DNA of 64,000 nucleotides from a bacterium (GTDB taxonomy: Bacteria > UBA8248). Made by a program: the position numbers and the translations under genes. The notes beneath the pieces are model-generated. The model searched no databases. It was not told where the DNA came from and saw nothing but the letters and a program-made list of their open reading frames with translations. The DNA is taken from positions 1,024,001 through 1,088,000 of the forward strand of contig CBDBZU010000004.1 in the NCBI GenBank assembly GCA_965213625.1, written 5' to 3'. Shown here in pieces: positions 19,601-27,663 of this stretch (the first letter of the stretch is position 1; each line of letters begins with the position of its first letter).

Positions 19601-21328
19601 GTCTATCGCCCCGTTCACGAATCGCTTGAGCGTTGCGCGGTCCACTACTTGATCGGCGCTTACGTCCGGATCGCCGGGGTCGGCGATATCCGCCTTGAAG
19701 TGGGCTTCCTGAAGGTCCACGCCAGCGAGCAGGATGTAGGGAATGGTCGTGCCGTACCCCACGGCGTAGCCGCCGATTCCCGGAATTTGGCCGCCGTTCG
19801 CGTTCGGGAAGCTTCCTGTTGTGGCCACATTGGCCAAGGCGGCCCTGATTCCGGCCTCGGTAGTGGCAGTGATTCCCAGCGCGCCGAGGATGGCCCCATA
19901 AACTGCGTCCTGGAGCGGCCTGCCCCCCGTCGACATGTCCTTCCCGTTCAAAATCACCCTGCCGTCGAGCGAGAGGGCGACGATGTAGGTGTCGCCGGCC
20001 TTCCAGGGTCCCTCGTTCCTGATGAGGCAACCGGCGTAGGCCAACTCCTGGGGCGTCGTGATGGAGTTGAAATAGTTTCTCCCCGCCTGCGCGAAGTCGC
20101 CTACGTCGCCAGAACTCGACGCAACATCGCCAGCGGTTACGCTCGGGGATTCGTACATATTTTCGGCAAGGCCCGCCGGACGCGGACAGACGTCCTCCGC
20201 CACCGTGCTCGAGTCGCCGTAGATGCCCGCCCCGAAGATGAGCGGGTATTCGAACGTGGTCCCATCCGCTCTCTGTCCCTCAAAGACGTGCTGGCGCACA
20301 TAGCTCACTTTGAGGGTGTTGAAGTCGTCGTTCGGGTCGTCCGGGTTGTCGAAATAATACTCCACGAAGCCACCGCCGGGGTTGCTTATCGCTGTCCGTA
20401 TGATCTTCGGCAGAATGAGGTCACCCTGTTCACCCGATGGCAGCTGCTCCCTCAGGGTGTTTGTCGGCGTCCGGAACTCGAACCTGTCCGGGAACGCGCC
20501 GTGGAAGATGGTGTAGCCGCTGGGATCCATGATGAAAAGATAGGTGGGACCACTCCTCCAGGGTCCGCTCGGATCCCGCAAGACACTCTTCACCTGCGTG
20601 AAGGCGCTGCGGCCTTCCGTCCGGAAGCGGTCGACGACGTACTGCGTAGCTCCCTCGACGAAGGCTTTCAGCGAGTCGCGATCCATCACCTGGTCGGCCC
20701 GCACATCGGGGGAGCCCTGGTCGATGGTTTCCGTGCCGAGGTGAGATTCCCCGATGTCGAGGCCGGCGACGAGGATGAGCGGGTTACCTCCAGTGCGCTT
20801 GAAGCCGACGGCGTAGCCGCCGATTACCGGAATTTGGCCGCCGTTCGCGTTCGGGAAGCTTCCTGTTGTAGCCACATTGGCCAAAGCGGCACTGATGTCG
20901 GCAGGTGCAGTAGCGGTGATTCCCAGCGCGCGAAGAATCGCTCCGTAAACTCTATTGTTGAGCGGTCTGCCGCTCAACTCCGCCTCGTCCGAGTGGAAGA
21001 ACACCCTGCCATCGATGGATATGGTGACGAGGTAGGTGTCGCCGGACTTCCAGGGTCCCTCCTGCCTAATGACGCAAGCGTTGTGCGACAGTCCCGCCAG
21101 ATTGACGCTCTCCATATATCCTTTCGCCGCCAGGGCGAAATCGCTGATGCTGGCGGCGCCCGCTTCCACCTGCGCCGCCGTGACGCTCGGGGTGGCGAGA
21201 GGATTCGCCGTGACGCCCGCCGGCAGCGGGCAGGCGTCCTGCGCGAAGGCGGCGGGCGCGGCGGAAAAAACGCCAAAAAGCGCCAGGATAAGCGCCGCAA
21301 AAAGTATTCGTCTTGGAAATGTCATCAT
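16667..21328 (-). CDS. Autotransporter-type outer-membrane protein with three ~340-aa repeats containing Cache-like domains
   Basis: Signal peptide (AFA-Q); repeated W(R/K)SG.TYLF..D..G....H..FPD...GGFV.YYFD.P....K..Y.R units; C-terminal beta-barrel from WLARFGRAVG ending in aromatic LRW. Confidence 0.8.
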   Translation of the reverse strand: MMTFPRRILFAALILALFGVFSAAPAAFAQDACPLPAGVTANPLATPSVTAAQVEAGAASISDFALAAKGYMESVNLAGLSHNACVIRQEGPWKSGDTYLVTISIDGRVFFHSDEAELSGRPLNNRVYGAILRALGITATAPADISAALANVATTGSFPNANGGQIPVIGGYAVGFKRTGGNPLILVAGLDIGESHLGTETIDQGSPDVRADQVMDRDSLKAFVEGATQYVVDRFRTEGRSAFTQVKSVLRDPSGPWRSGPTYLFIMDPSGYTIFHGAFPDRFEFRTPTNTLREQLPSGEQGDLILPKIIRTAISNPGGGFVEYYFDNPDDPNDDFNTLKVSYVRQHVFEGQRADGTTFEYPLIFGAGIYGDSSTVAEDVCPRPAGLAENMYESPSVTAGDVASSSGDVGDFAQAGRNYFNSITTPQELAYAGCLIRNEGPWKAGDTYIVALSLDGRVILNGKDMSTGGRPLQDAVYGAILGALGITATTEAGIRAALANVATTGSFPNANGGQIPGIGGYAVGYGTTIPYILLAGVDLQEAHFKADIADPGDPDVSADQVVDRATLKRFVNGAIDHLLEIFDENPHSAIGIARSILRNPPWRSGPTYLFVMEDSGYTLLHAGFPDRYEFQTPTQILRDEVTGKLILPQIIEAANAGGDEGAFVRYYFDDPSDHSDSADVPKVTYARRLTFSVPGSPPVSYIVGAGIYGDPSTVAEEVCPRPAGLAENMYESPSVTADDVASGSGDVGDFAQAGRDYFDSIRTPGELGYAGCIARNEGPWKSGSTYLVSVSLDGRVFFNGNDMSTGGRPLNPLVYGGILQALGIPVDPANPKATEDALTQVATRAFTTGQTTFPKANGGALPGGGYAVGYGTRIPYILLAGVDLQEAHFGVDTVDPGDPEVSADQVVDRATLKRFVNGAVDHLLEIFNENPTGAIGIARSILRRPPWRHGPVYLFVIDPTGYTHLHGGFPDRFEFQTPTQILRDEVTGELILPQIIEVAQQSGDKGGFVRYFFDNPDDDTDSADVPKVTYARLLTTTIEIPGFPPQTNSFIVGAGIYGDEGAVSEKSVAATSGWLARFGRAVGSQAVDMISSRLNAPAPSGAKMTLGGQTVKLDADPERYLTKEGAGFDFASHTHNGIGTRGLARARTANRLTNGEEDSTGSYREMTMSGLLSGASFHLASTREAAEAAGSRWSIWARGAQSSFEGGGDDAIEGDVTTAMLGVDYEKGKLLAGVALSRSSGDGGFQNDGRSELEASLTSVHPYLRYEASERLSLWGILGMGQGEMTLDETDSESGQEYETDIEMRMGAFGVRGELTRLGGFDLAVKSDVLLTQMDADAKDGLEAISAESSRLRVLLEASREVAMEGGGTVRPSVEAGLRLDGGDVDEGLGVEVGGSLRFTNPGMGLTLEVNARGLITHEESDVADWGVGGMIRIAPGKAGRGLALTVQPLVGETAGGAERLWGLKDASRLAREEIEDLDPRVRAEVGYRLDAWGGLLTPYAGLSVSDSGNGTYRLGGRFKVGELLSMSLEGDVRERVNADPVHGVALRGSLRW
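18150..21240 (-). repeat. Three ~1.0-kb intragenic tandem repeats
   Basis: GTAGATGCCCGC junction recurs at about 18158, 19206 and 20219, with long near-identical DNA blocks. Confidence 0.85.
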
Positions 21329-21667
21329 GGACCTCCTGGTGTGTTGGCTTTTCCCTCGTGTAATATCTTCTTTATCCGGTCACATTTCCTCCTTCCTCAG
21401 TCGGAAATGACCCCGTTATTTTCGCCGTCAAGCCTTGTCGCGAAACCGGATCGTTCACTCGCAGCAACGCCCGGCCCCATGGGTGCGTGGGTGCGATGCC
21501 TTCCTTCGTTTACGACAGGGCGAACTTATCGCATAAAAATTGTAAAGAACTGAATATGTTTTTAGATTACGACAAGCCAAGCGCGCGAGGCAAGGATTTT
21601 TTGGAGGCGATGGCGCATATCACGCGATAATGAATGCCCGGGAGGAGCGCTCTAGAGCCTGGCCAGC

Positions 21668-21883
21668 GGGGTTGTTGTAAAAGGCCAACGCGAGAGGGTT
21701 TGCGTTTGTTGTAGGGACAGGTCGCGACCTGTCCCTACGGTTGGCGGCATTCTCTTCTCGTGACCCAAGACGAATTAAGTTTTGTTCGTCATTCCGGCGT
21801 TATTGCCGCTCCTGTTGTAGGGGCCGCATACATGCGGCCCTGCCTTTTCTTCACGATGCGGGTCGCATATATGCGACCCCTAC
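21668..21883. repeat. REP/REPIN cluster upstream of IS copy 1
   Basis: Same 28-bp palindrome as 7448 at 21711-21738; CGTCATTCCGGCG at 21787; GTAG...CTAC REP doublet at 21817-21883. Confidence 0.75.
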
Positions 21884-21934
21884 ACGCGTATTGACGTCCC
21901 GACCATGGGGGGAGAGGTTCGGTCTGACCCTCAA

Positions 21935-23454
21935 GGGTCTGTTGAAAAACCCGGTGTTGGAAGCGGGCGTTTTGGCGGCTCACGCGGCGGCGGGGAGGCA
22001 GCCCAATTGGCGCGTGAGGGCGCCATGTGCGCGCAGCCGGCGTCTCCGGGCGGCACAGGCCGTCCAGAGGGCGAATATACGCGCCGCAAAAGCGGCGGCC
22101 AGCCGCTTGAGGTTCACCGCTATCGCCGTCAGGTAGGACTGGATCCGCATGTTCGCAAGGCCCCGGCGCACCGCCCGCCCCAGTCCGTGCCGGCTCTTCG
22201 CCTCGCCGTGGTAGCCCTCCGAGCGCCAACGGTGGCGGCCATAGAGACGCTTCTCCTCCTCCCCCCAGCGCGCATGCCGCCGACGCGCGCGCAACAGCGC
22301 CGGATACGCGTGCGGAATCAACACCGTCCTGCTCGTGCGCGACTTCGACAGACAATCGGGCCTGAGCGCGCAGCCCGCGCAATCCCGCGTCTTCGATACA
22401 TAGGAGCGCCCCCGCTCCGTCGCCTGCCGGGGGCGCAGCGTCTTGCCTCCCGGACACTTCACCACCTCGTTGCGCGCGTCGTAGTGGAACAACTGCAGCG
22501 GAACACGGCTCTGGCTGGGTTCCTTCTTCGCTGGTATCAGCGCTTCCACGCCCCGCCGCTCCAATTCGCCGTAAACCTTCGAGTACGCGTACCCCGAATC
22601 CGCCGTCACCATCTCCGGCGTGCGGCCCGACAACTCGCTTACCGCCTCTATATGGGACGCCATCATCTCACGCTCGTTCCGCGTCCCCTCCGTCACCGAC
22701 ACGTCGAGAACAACACCCCGCTCATCGTCCACCGCCGCGTGCTGCTTGTAGCTCGGCTCGAACCCCGCCCGCGCGCTCTTGCGCGCAAGCCGCGCGTCCG
22801 GGTCCGTCCGGCTCACCGGACCCCCGCCACCGCGGCCTCCTCCCTTCTTCCCGACCTCATCATCGACGGGATTCTCCTGAATCACCTTCTCCGCGTGGTG
22901 CGCCGCCAGGCTCTCCCAGCTCACGTCCGCGCGTATCAACGAGGCGTCCACGTGCACCACTTCCCCCTTCGCCACATTCGCCTCCAGGCAAGCCTGCACC
23001 GTGCGACGGAATATCTCCTTGAACCGTGCCTCCCCCCAGCGCTGACGTATCCGCGTCAGGCTCGAATGATGCGGCAACTCCTCGTGCAGCCCGTACCCGA
23101 TGAACCACCGGATCGCCAGGTGCGCACGCGCCTCGCGAAGCAGGCGACGGTCGTGAACGTAGCCCAGCAACATACCCGCCAGCATCAAGCGGAGCGCCAC
23201 CTCCGGGTCGATCCCCGGACGACCGTTATCCGCGCAATAGCAATCCGCCACCTCCTCCCGTAGCCAGCTCAAATCCAGTACGTGGTCCACGCGCATCAGG
23301 ACGTGATCCTCGGGGATCAGCCGTTCCAGCGAACCGGCCACGAACAAATCCATCTGCTCGCGCCTCTTGCTGCCTATCATCGAGGGAACTCCCATCTCGG
23401 GCGAGATAGTGTCATTACACCCAATCACAATGCCGGGGCTTTTTCAACAGCCCC
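21935..23454 (-). mobile_element. IS1182-family insertion sequence, copy 1 (1520 bp)
   Basis: TIRs GGGTCTGTTGAAAAA / TTTTTCAACAGCCCC; flanking direct repeat CTCAA (5-6 bp TSD). Confidence 0.88.
21980..23380 (-). CDS. IS1182-family DDE transposase
   Basis: LIPEDH, GRPGIDP, VDASLI, TADSGY, CP.GK..C..C..C and R.RSEG.HGEAK..HGL motifs. Confidence 0.9.
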   Translation of the reverse strand: MIGSKRREQMDLFVAGSLERLIPEDHVLMRVDHVLDLSWLREEVADCYCADNGRPGIDPEVALRLMLAGMLLGYVHDRRLLREARAHLAIRWFIGYGLHEELPHHSSLTRIRQRWGEARFKEIFRRTVQACLEANVAKGEVVHVDASLIRADVSWESLAAHHAEKVIQENPVDDEVGKKGGGRGGGGPVSRTDPDARLARKSARAGFEPSYKQHAAVDDERGVVLDVSVTEGTRNEREMMASHIEAVSELSGRTPEMVTADSGYAYSKVYGELERRGVEALIPAKKEPSQSRVPLQLFHYDARNEVVKCPGGKTLRPRQATERGRSYVSKTRDCAGCALRPDCLSKSRTSRTVLIPHAYPALLRARRRHARWGEEEKRLYGRHRWRSEGYHGEAKSRHGLGRAVRRGLANMRIQSYLTAIAVNLKRLAAAFAARIFALWTACAARRRRLRAHGALTRQLGCLPAAA

Positions 23455-23707
23455 CTCAAGAGGGGAGTGATGTCTCTTCCCTTCTCCGTCGGCTCCATAC
23501 GCTAAATCAAGTAACCAGGTCTCTTTCAACGACACCAAGCGCTGCGTCTGCGCAATACGCGTCGAAACCGGGGGCGTCCTCATCCGTAGCCGGGAACGGC
23601 CGGCTTCGCCGTGCGGTTGCCACCCGCGCTTTCTCCACTATAGGATGAGCGCACCAGACAAAAACCGCGCGCCGCTTCATCCGGCGCAACATATTCGGAG
23701 ACAAGAC

Positions 23708-24625
23708 ATGAAAGAAGGCATGAGGCCCGGAGACCGCCTGCCCTATTCGGCCATTATCGACAGAAAGCCGCTCAAACTGCCCGAAGGCGCGCGCCTGGTG
23801 CTCTGGCCGGTACTGGCGCTGGAAGTGTGGGACATCGTGCGGCCCATGGCGCGCATGGTGATACCCCCGCCGCAGGGGGTGCCGATGCTCCCCGATCATC
23901 CCAACTGGAGCTGGCACGAGTACGGCATGCGGGTCGGTATATGGCGCATCAAGCGCATGCTCGACGACTTGGGCGTGCGGCCGACGGTGACGCTGAACGC
24001 CCGCACCTGCCTGGAATATCCGCGCGTCGCAGACGCCTGCCTGGAGGCGGGCTGGGAATTCAACGCCCACTCCTACGAGCAGGTGCCGATGCACAAGCTC
24101 GACGACGAGCGCGAGACGATTGAGCGGTGCATGGGCATTATCGCGGAATTCTGCGGCAAAAGGCCGCGCGGATGGTTCGGTCCGGGGCTGACGCAGACCT
24201 ACCGGACGCTGGATTTTCTCGCAGAAGCCGGGGTCGAATACATCGGCGACTGGGTGCTCGACGACCAGCCGGTGCACGTGAAGACGACGGCAGGCAAATC
24301 GGTCGTGGCGCTGCCCTACAACTACGAGCTCCACGACATCGTGAGCATGGCGATCCAGTACCATGAGTCCCGGGTCTTCCGCGACAGGGCGATTGATTAC
24401 TTCGAGACCGTGTATGCCGAAAGCCACGAATCCACAAAGGTGATGTCGATCGCCATGCATCCATATCTCTCGGGTTCGCCGCACCGGATAAAATACGTGC
24501 GCGAAACCTTCGAGCATATTCTCTCCAAACCGGGGGTGGTGTGCTGGGACGGCGAGCAGATACTCGACTGGTTCCTGACCGAACGCCCGGCGCCGAAACC
24601 CCGGAAGAAGCGCGCCAAGACGTAA
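23708..24625 (+). CDS. Polysaccharide deacetylase-fold hydrolase (PuuE allantoinase-like)
   Basis: YSAIIDR, SWHEYGMRVG.WR, GWFGPG, DDQP and MHPYLSG motifs. Confidence 0.8.
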   Translation: MKEGMRPGDRLPYSAIIDRKPLKLPEGARLVLWPVLALEVWDIVRPMARMVIPPPQGVPMLPDHPNWSWHEYGMRVGIWRIKRMLDDLGVRPTVTLNARTCLEYPRVADACLEAGWEFNAHSYEQVPMHKLDDERETIERCMGIIAEFCGKRPRGWFGPGLTQTYRTLDFLAEAGVEYIGDWVLDDQPVHVKTTAGKSVVALPYNYELHDIVSMAIQYHESRVFRDRAIDYFETVYAESHESTKVMSIAMHPYLSGSPHRIKYVRETFEHILSKPGVVCWDGEQILDWFLTERPAPKPRKKRAKT

Positions 24626-24670
24626 AAAGGTTTGATAGGGAATGACGAACCAAACTTCACCGCTTCTTCA

Positions 24671-24713
24671 GGACAGGTCGCGACTTCGGACAGGCACAGG
24701 GGCCTGTCACTAC
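24671..24713. repeat. Degenerate GTAG-family REP remnants
   Basis: GGACAGGTCGCGAC and GGACAGGC..GCCTGTCACTAC. Confidence 0.5.
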
Positions 24714-24806
24714 GGTCTCAAGGGCAATAGTTCGGCGCGACTCACATGACGACATCGAAGAAGGTTTTCTGACTGCGAAACGCCGCAGGGCGGAGCCGGG
24801 AAACTG

Positions 24807-25247
24807 CTAGCGTTGATATTTGATGAACGGGGTGAGATTCGCCACGCGGTCATAGAGGACCCGGGCCGTCTCGTTGAAATCCTGCGTGAGCCAGTAAACA
24901 GACGGCGCGCCTCTCTCATCCGCAGCCTCATATACCGCTTCGATGAGGGCGCGGCCGACGCCTTTGCCGCGAAATGCGGGCGCGGTATAGAGGTCCTGGA
25001 GATAGCAGACATCCTCGACCCGCCAGTTGTGGGGGTGAAAAATGTAATGGACCAGGCCTGCCGCCTGCCCGTCGGTGAGCGCGATGAGTCCGTTCTGCTG
25101 CGGGCGGGCCGGGTCCAGAAGGCGGGCGAAGGTCGTCCGGTAGACCTCTTCGGTTACGCTGGACTCGTAGAACTCCAGGTAGGCGGTCCACAGACGGCGC
25201 CAGTCGGATTCGTCTTCGGCGGAGATGGGGCGAATGGTGGGCGTCAT
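24807..25247 (-). CDS. GNAT family N-acetyltransferase
   Basis: CYLQDLY..P.FRGKGVGRALI and VYWLTQ..N..AR.LYD motifs. Confidence 0.88.
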   Translation of the reverse strand: MTPTIRPISAEDESDWRRLWTAYLEFYESSVTEEVYRTTFARLLDPARPQQNGLIALTDGQAAGLVHYIFHPHNWRVEDVCYLQDLYTAPAFRGKGVGRALIEAVYEAADERGAPSVYWLTQDFNETARVLYDRVANLTPFIKYQR

Positions 25248-25869
25248 GAAAACCTCTCGTTTTGGTTTGGGCTATACGGCGGCAGGGGATTGTACGTTTC
25301 GGGCGGTGGCAGTCAAGCGGCTGGAAATTCGCCGGAGCGCCGAAGCGCTTCAGGTGATGCGGGAGCGGCTGCCGCCCTGAAAGCATATTTCCCCGCAACT
25401 GGCGTCATTGGGCATTCGTCGGAACGGGCGATTCGGCTCCGGGCGGAAACCGCAATCGCTCCTTCTTCAGCCATGAGGATACTTCCCTCCCGCGGTCGTC
25501 CATTCCTCAGTAGGAATGGAATTCCCTCCCTGGCCGGAATCGACCTCGCTCCTCACTCGCGTCAATCGCTCCCTCACCGGTCGCGTCGAACACTCCTTCA
25601 TCAGTCGCGTTCGATCCCGCACGAGCAGACAGGAATTTCTGAAAAATTCGATAAAATTAGATAATTTCACGGGGTTTATCGCCTAATAAACGAAAATAAA
25701 TTTGCTCTGGAACAGGCGTAAAAGTAGCGGCGCAGGGGAATTCTGCCATGACCCGTGACCTGCTCGTTAACGGCAAATGCGGGGAGTTACGGGGCCGGAA
25801 TGCGTGTTAATGCGTGCGCGAAACTGCCGGGGTTCCTCCTGAACACATGTAATAACAATAACTTGTGGC

Positions 25870-26292
25870 CTACGAGGGCTCCGGAAGCCGCCAGATGCGA
25901 GGCGAGGCGAGTTCGACGCTGTTCCCCGCCGGGTCCCTGAAGTAGATGGAGCGCCCGCCGCCGGGCCAGTCGACCTCCTTCTCGACCCCCACGCCTTGCT
26001 CGACCAGCCGCTCCCGCCAGGCGGGCAACTCGGCCTCGCGTATGGAGAACGTCACATGCCCCGGCCCCGCAGCACCATGCGACGGCACGCCGAGTTTCAA
26101 GTCGGGCCGGGCGGTCGCTTCGGGGTTAAAGACGAGGAAGACGGCATGCGGCCCGCTGTAAAAGAAAACGTGGCGTCCCGGCGCTTTCTGGAAGGCTTCG
26201 AGGCCTAAAACGGAGCGGTAGAAGGCCTCCGCCGCTTCGAGATCCTCAGCGTAAATGCATGTTTCCAGGACGCCTGCGACATTAAGGCTCAA
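25870..26292 (-). CDS. VOC/glyoxalase family protein
   Basis: VLETCIYAEDL, HG..GPGH and SIYFRDPAGNSVEL motifs; start approximate (TTG). Confidence 0.82.
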   Translation of the reverse strand: MSLNVAGVLETCIYAEDLEAAEAFYRSVLGLEAFQKAPGRHVFFYSGPHAVFLVFNPEATARPDLKLGVPSHGAAGPGHVTFSIREAELPAWRERLVEQGVGVEKEVDWPGGGRSIYFRDPAGNSVELASPRIWRLPEPS

Positions 26293-26293
26293 C

Positions 26294-27070
26294 TCATCGG
26301 CCCTTCCATTCGGGCTTTCTCTTCTCCAGGAAGGCGCGCAGGCCCTCCGCCTTGTCCTCTGTTTCGCAGAGCGCGCCCTGGGCGAATTTCTCGAGAGCAA
26401 GGCCCGCCGTCATGCTGCCCTCCATGCCGTAGTGCACCATGGCCTTCATGAACTGGGGTACGAAAGGCGCGTAGGCTGCGAGTTTTTCGGCCATCTTCCT
26501 CACCGTGGGCATGAGCTCCTCCGCCTCGACCAGCCGGGTGATGAGGCCGATCTCGAGCGCGCGTTTTGCGTCGAAGGTCTCCCCCATCAGGAGCATCTCC
26601 ATCGCCCAGGCGCGCCCGATGAGACGGGGCAGACGCTGCGTGGCGCCCCCGCCCGGGATAATGCCGATTTTCCCCTCTGGCGTGGCGAATTTCGAGGCAG
26701 GAGTCGCGATACGCAAATCACAGCCGAGAGCCACCTCCAAACCCCCGCCCATGCAAAAGCCGTTGATGGCCGCGATCGTCGCCTTGGGCGTTCTCTCCAG
26801 GCGCTCCGCCACGCCTTGGACCAGCGGGGTGAGCGCAATGGCGAGGTTTCGGTGTTCGACTTCCTGTAAGTCCGAGCCTGAGGCGAACGCCTTCTCGCCC
26901 GCTCCGGTGATGGCGATAACCCGGACGGCTTCATTATCCGCCGCTTCGGCGATGGCGGCGTGGAGATCGTCCAGCGTGGCCAGGGATATGGCATTATGTC
27001 GATTCGGGCGGTTGATGGTGATGAGGGCGAGGGGCCCTTCGACTTCATATAATAGGTTTTCGTATGGCAT
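26294..27070 (-). CDS. Enoyl-CoA hydratase/isomerase family protein
   Basis: AFASGSD, GGGLEVALGCD, PEGKIGIIPGGGATQRL and AFLEKRKP motifs. Confidence 0.9.
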   Translation of the reverse strand: MPYENLLYEVEGPLALITINRPNRHNAISLATLDDLHAAIAEAADNEAVRVIAITGAGEKAFASGSDLQEVEHRNLAIALTPLVQGVAERLERTPKATIAAINGFCMGGGLEVALGCDLRIATPASKFATPEGKIGIIPGGGATQRLPRLIGRAWAMEMLLMGETFDAKRALEIGLITRLVEAEELMPTVRKMAEKLAAYAPFVPQFMKAMVHYGMEGSMTAGLALEKFAQGALCETEDKAEGLRAFLEKRKPEWKGR

Positions 27071-27135
27071 GGTCGTCCTTTCTCCTAGGTGACTGTGCCG
27101 GTCATTGTATGGCTCTTTTAGCGGGAAGGAAAAGG

Positions 27136-27663
27136 ATGTCTCCGAAAAAGGTGAGGGAGGTTACGACGTGCGCGCCACGGAGATACGGGCGGTATCGCTA
27201 TTTTCTGGAGGTACGGATTGCGGAGGAGCCCACACGAACACTCACCGTTATCCTCAAGAACCCGTCCACAGCGTCTGCGGAGAGGAGCGATCCAACCGTG
27301 GGGAAAGTGGAGGCCTGGGCGCGCAAGAACAAATTCGGGCGGATCCGGTACGTAAACCTGTTCGCGCTTCGCTCTCCTTATCCCGAAGAACTGAACGCAC
27401 ATTCCTACCGGGTGATGGTGGGGAGAGAGAACGATGCCTGGATAAGGAGGAGCCTCAACGGCGCGGACGTGGTGCTGGCCGCCTGGGGGAATCCCAACGG
27501 TGTCGACACCGAGAAATACGAGAGAAGAATCGCCAAGGTCTCGCAGTTGCTCGAAGGAGTCCGAATCCGCGCCCTGGGAACTCCGACCATGCTCGGCTAC
27601 CCTCGGCACGGCCTCATGTGGAACGGGGAGCTTGTATTGCGCGAATGGCCACCCGGTCTTTAA
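27136..27663 (+). CDS. DUF1643 domain protein
   Basis: NPSTA...DPTV, NLFA.R, G.END, AAWG and PRH motifs. Confidence 0.7.
   Translation: MSPKKVREVTTCAPRRYGRYRYFLEVRIAEEPTRTLTVILKNPSTASAERSDPTVGKVEAWARKNKFGRIRYVNLFALRSPYPEELNAHSYRVMVGRENDAWIRRSLNGADVVLAAWGNPNGVDTEKYERRIAKVSQLLEGVRIRALGTPTMLGYPRHGLMWNGELVLREWPPGL

Noticed and set aside
18191-21553. 1120-aa plus-strand ORF and other long antisense ORFs (e.g. 55420-57588, 39993-41603, 61413-62939)
   Set aside because: Antisense shadows of real high-GC genes, Arg/His/Val-rich with no motifs
25440-25610. Hammerhead ribozyme from CUGANGA motifs on the minus strand
   Set aside because: No correctly placed GAAA plus stem III/NUH could be identified by eye
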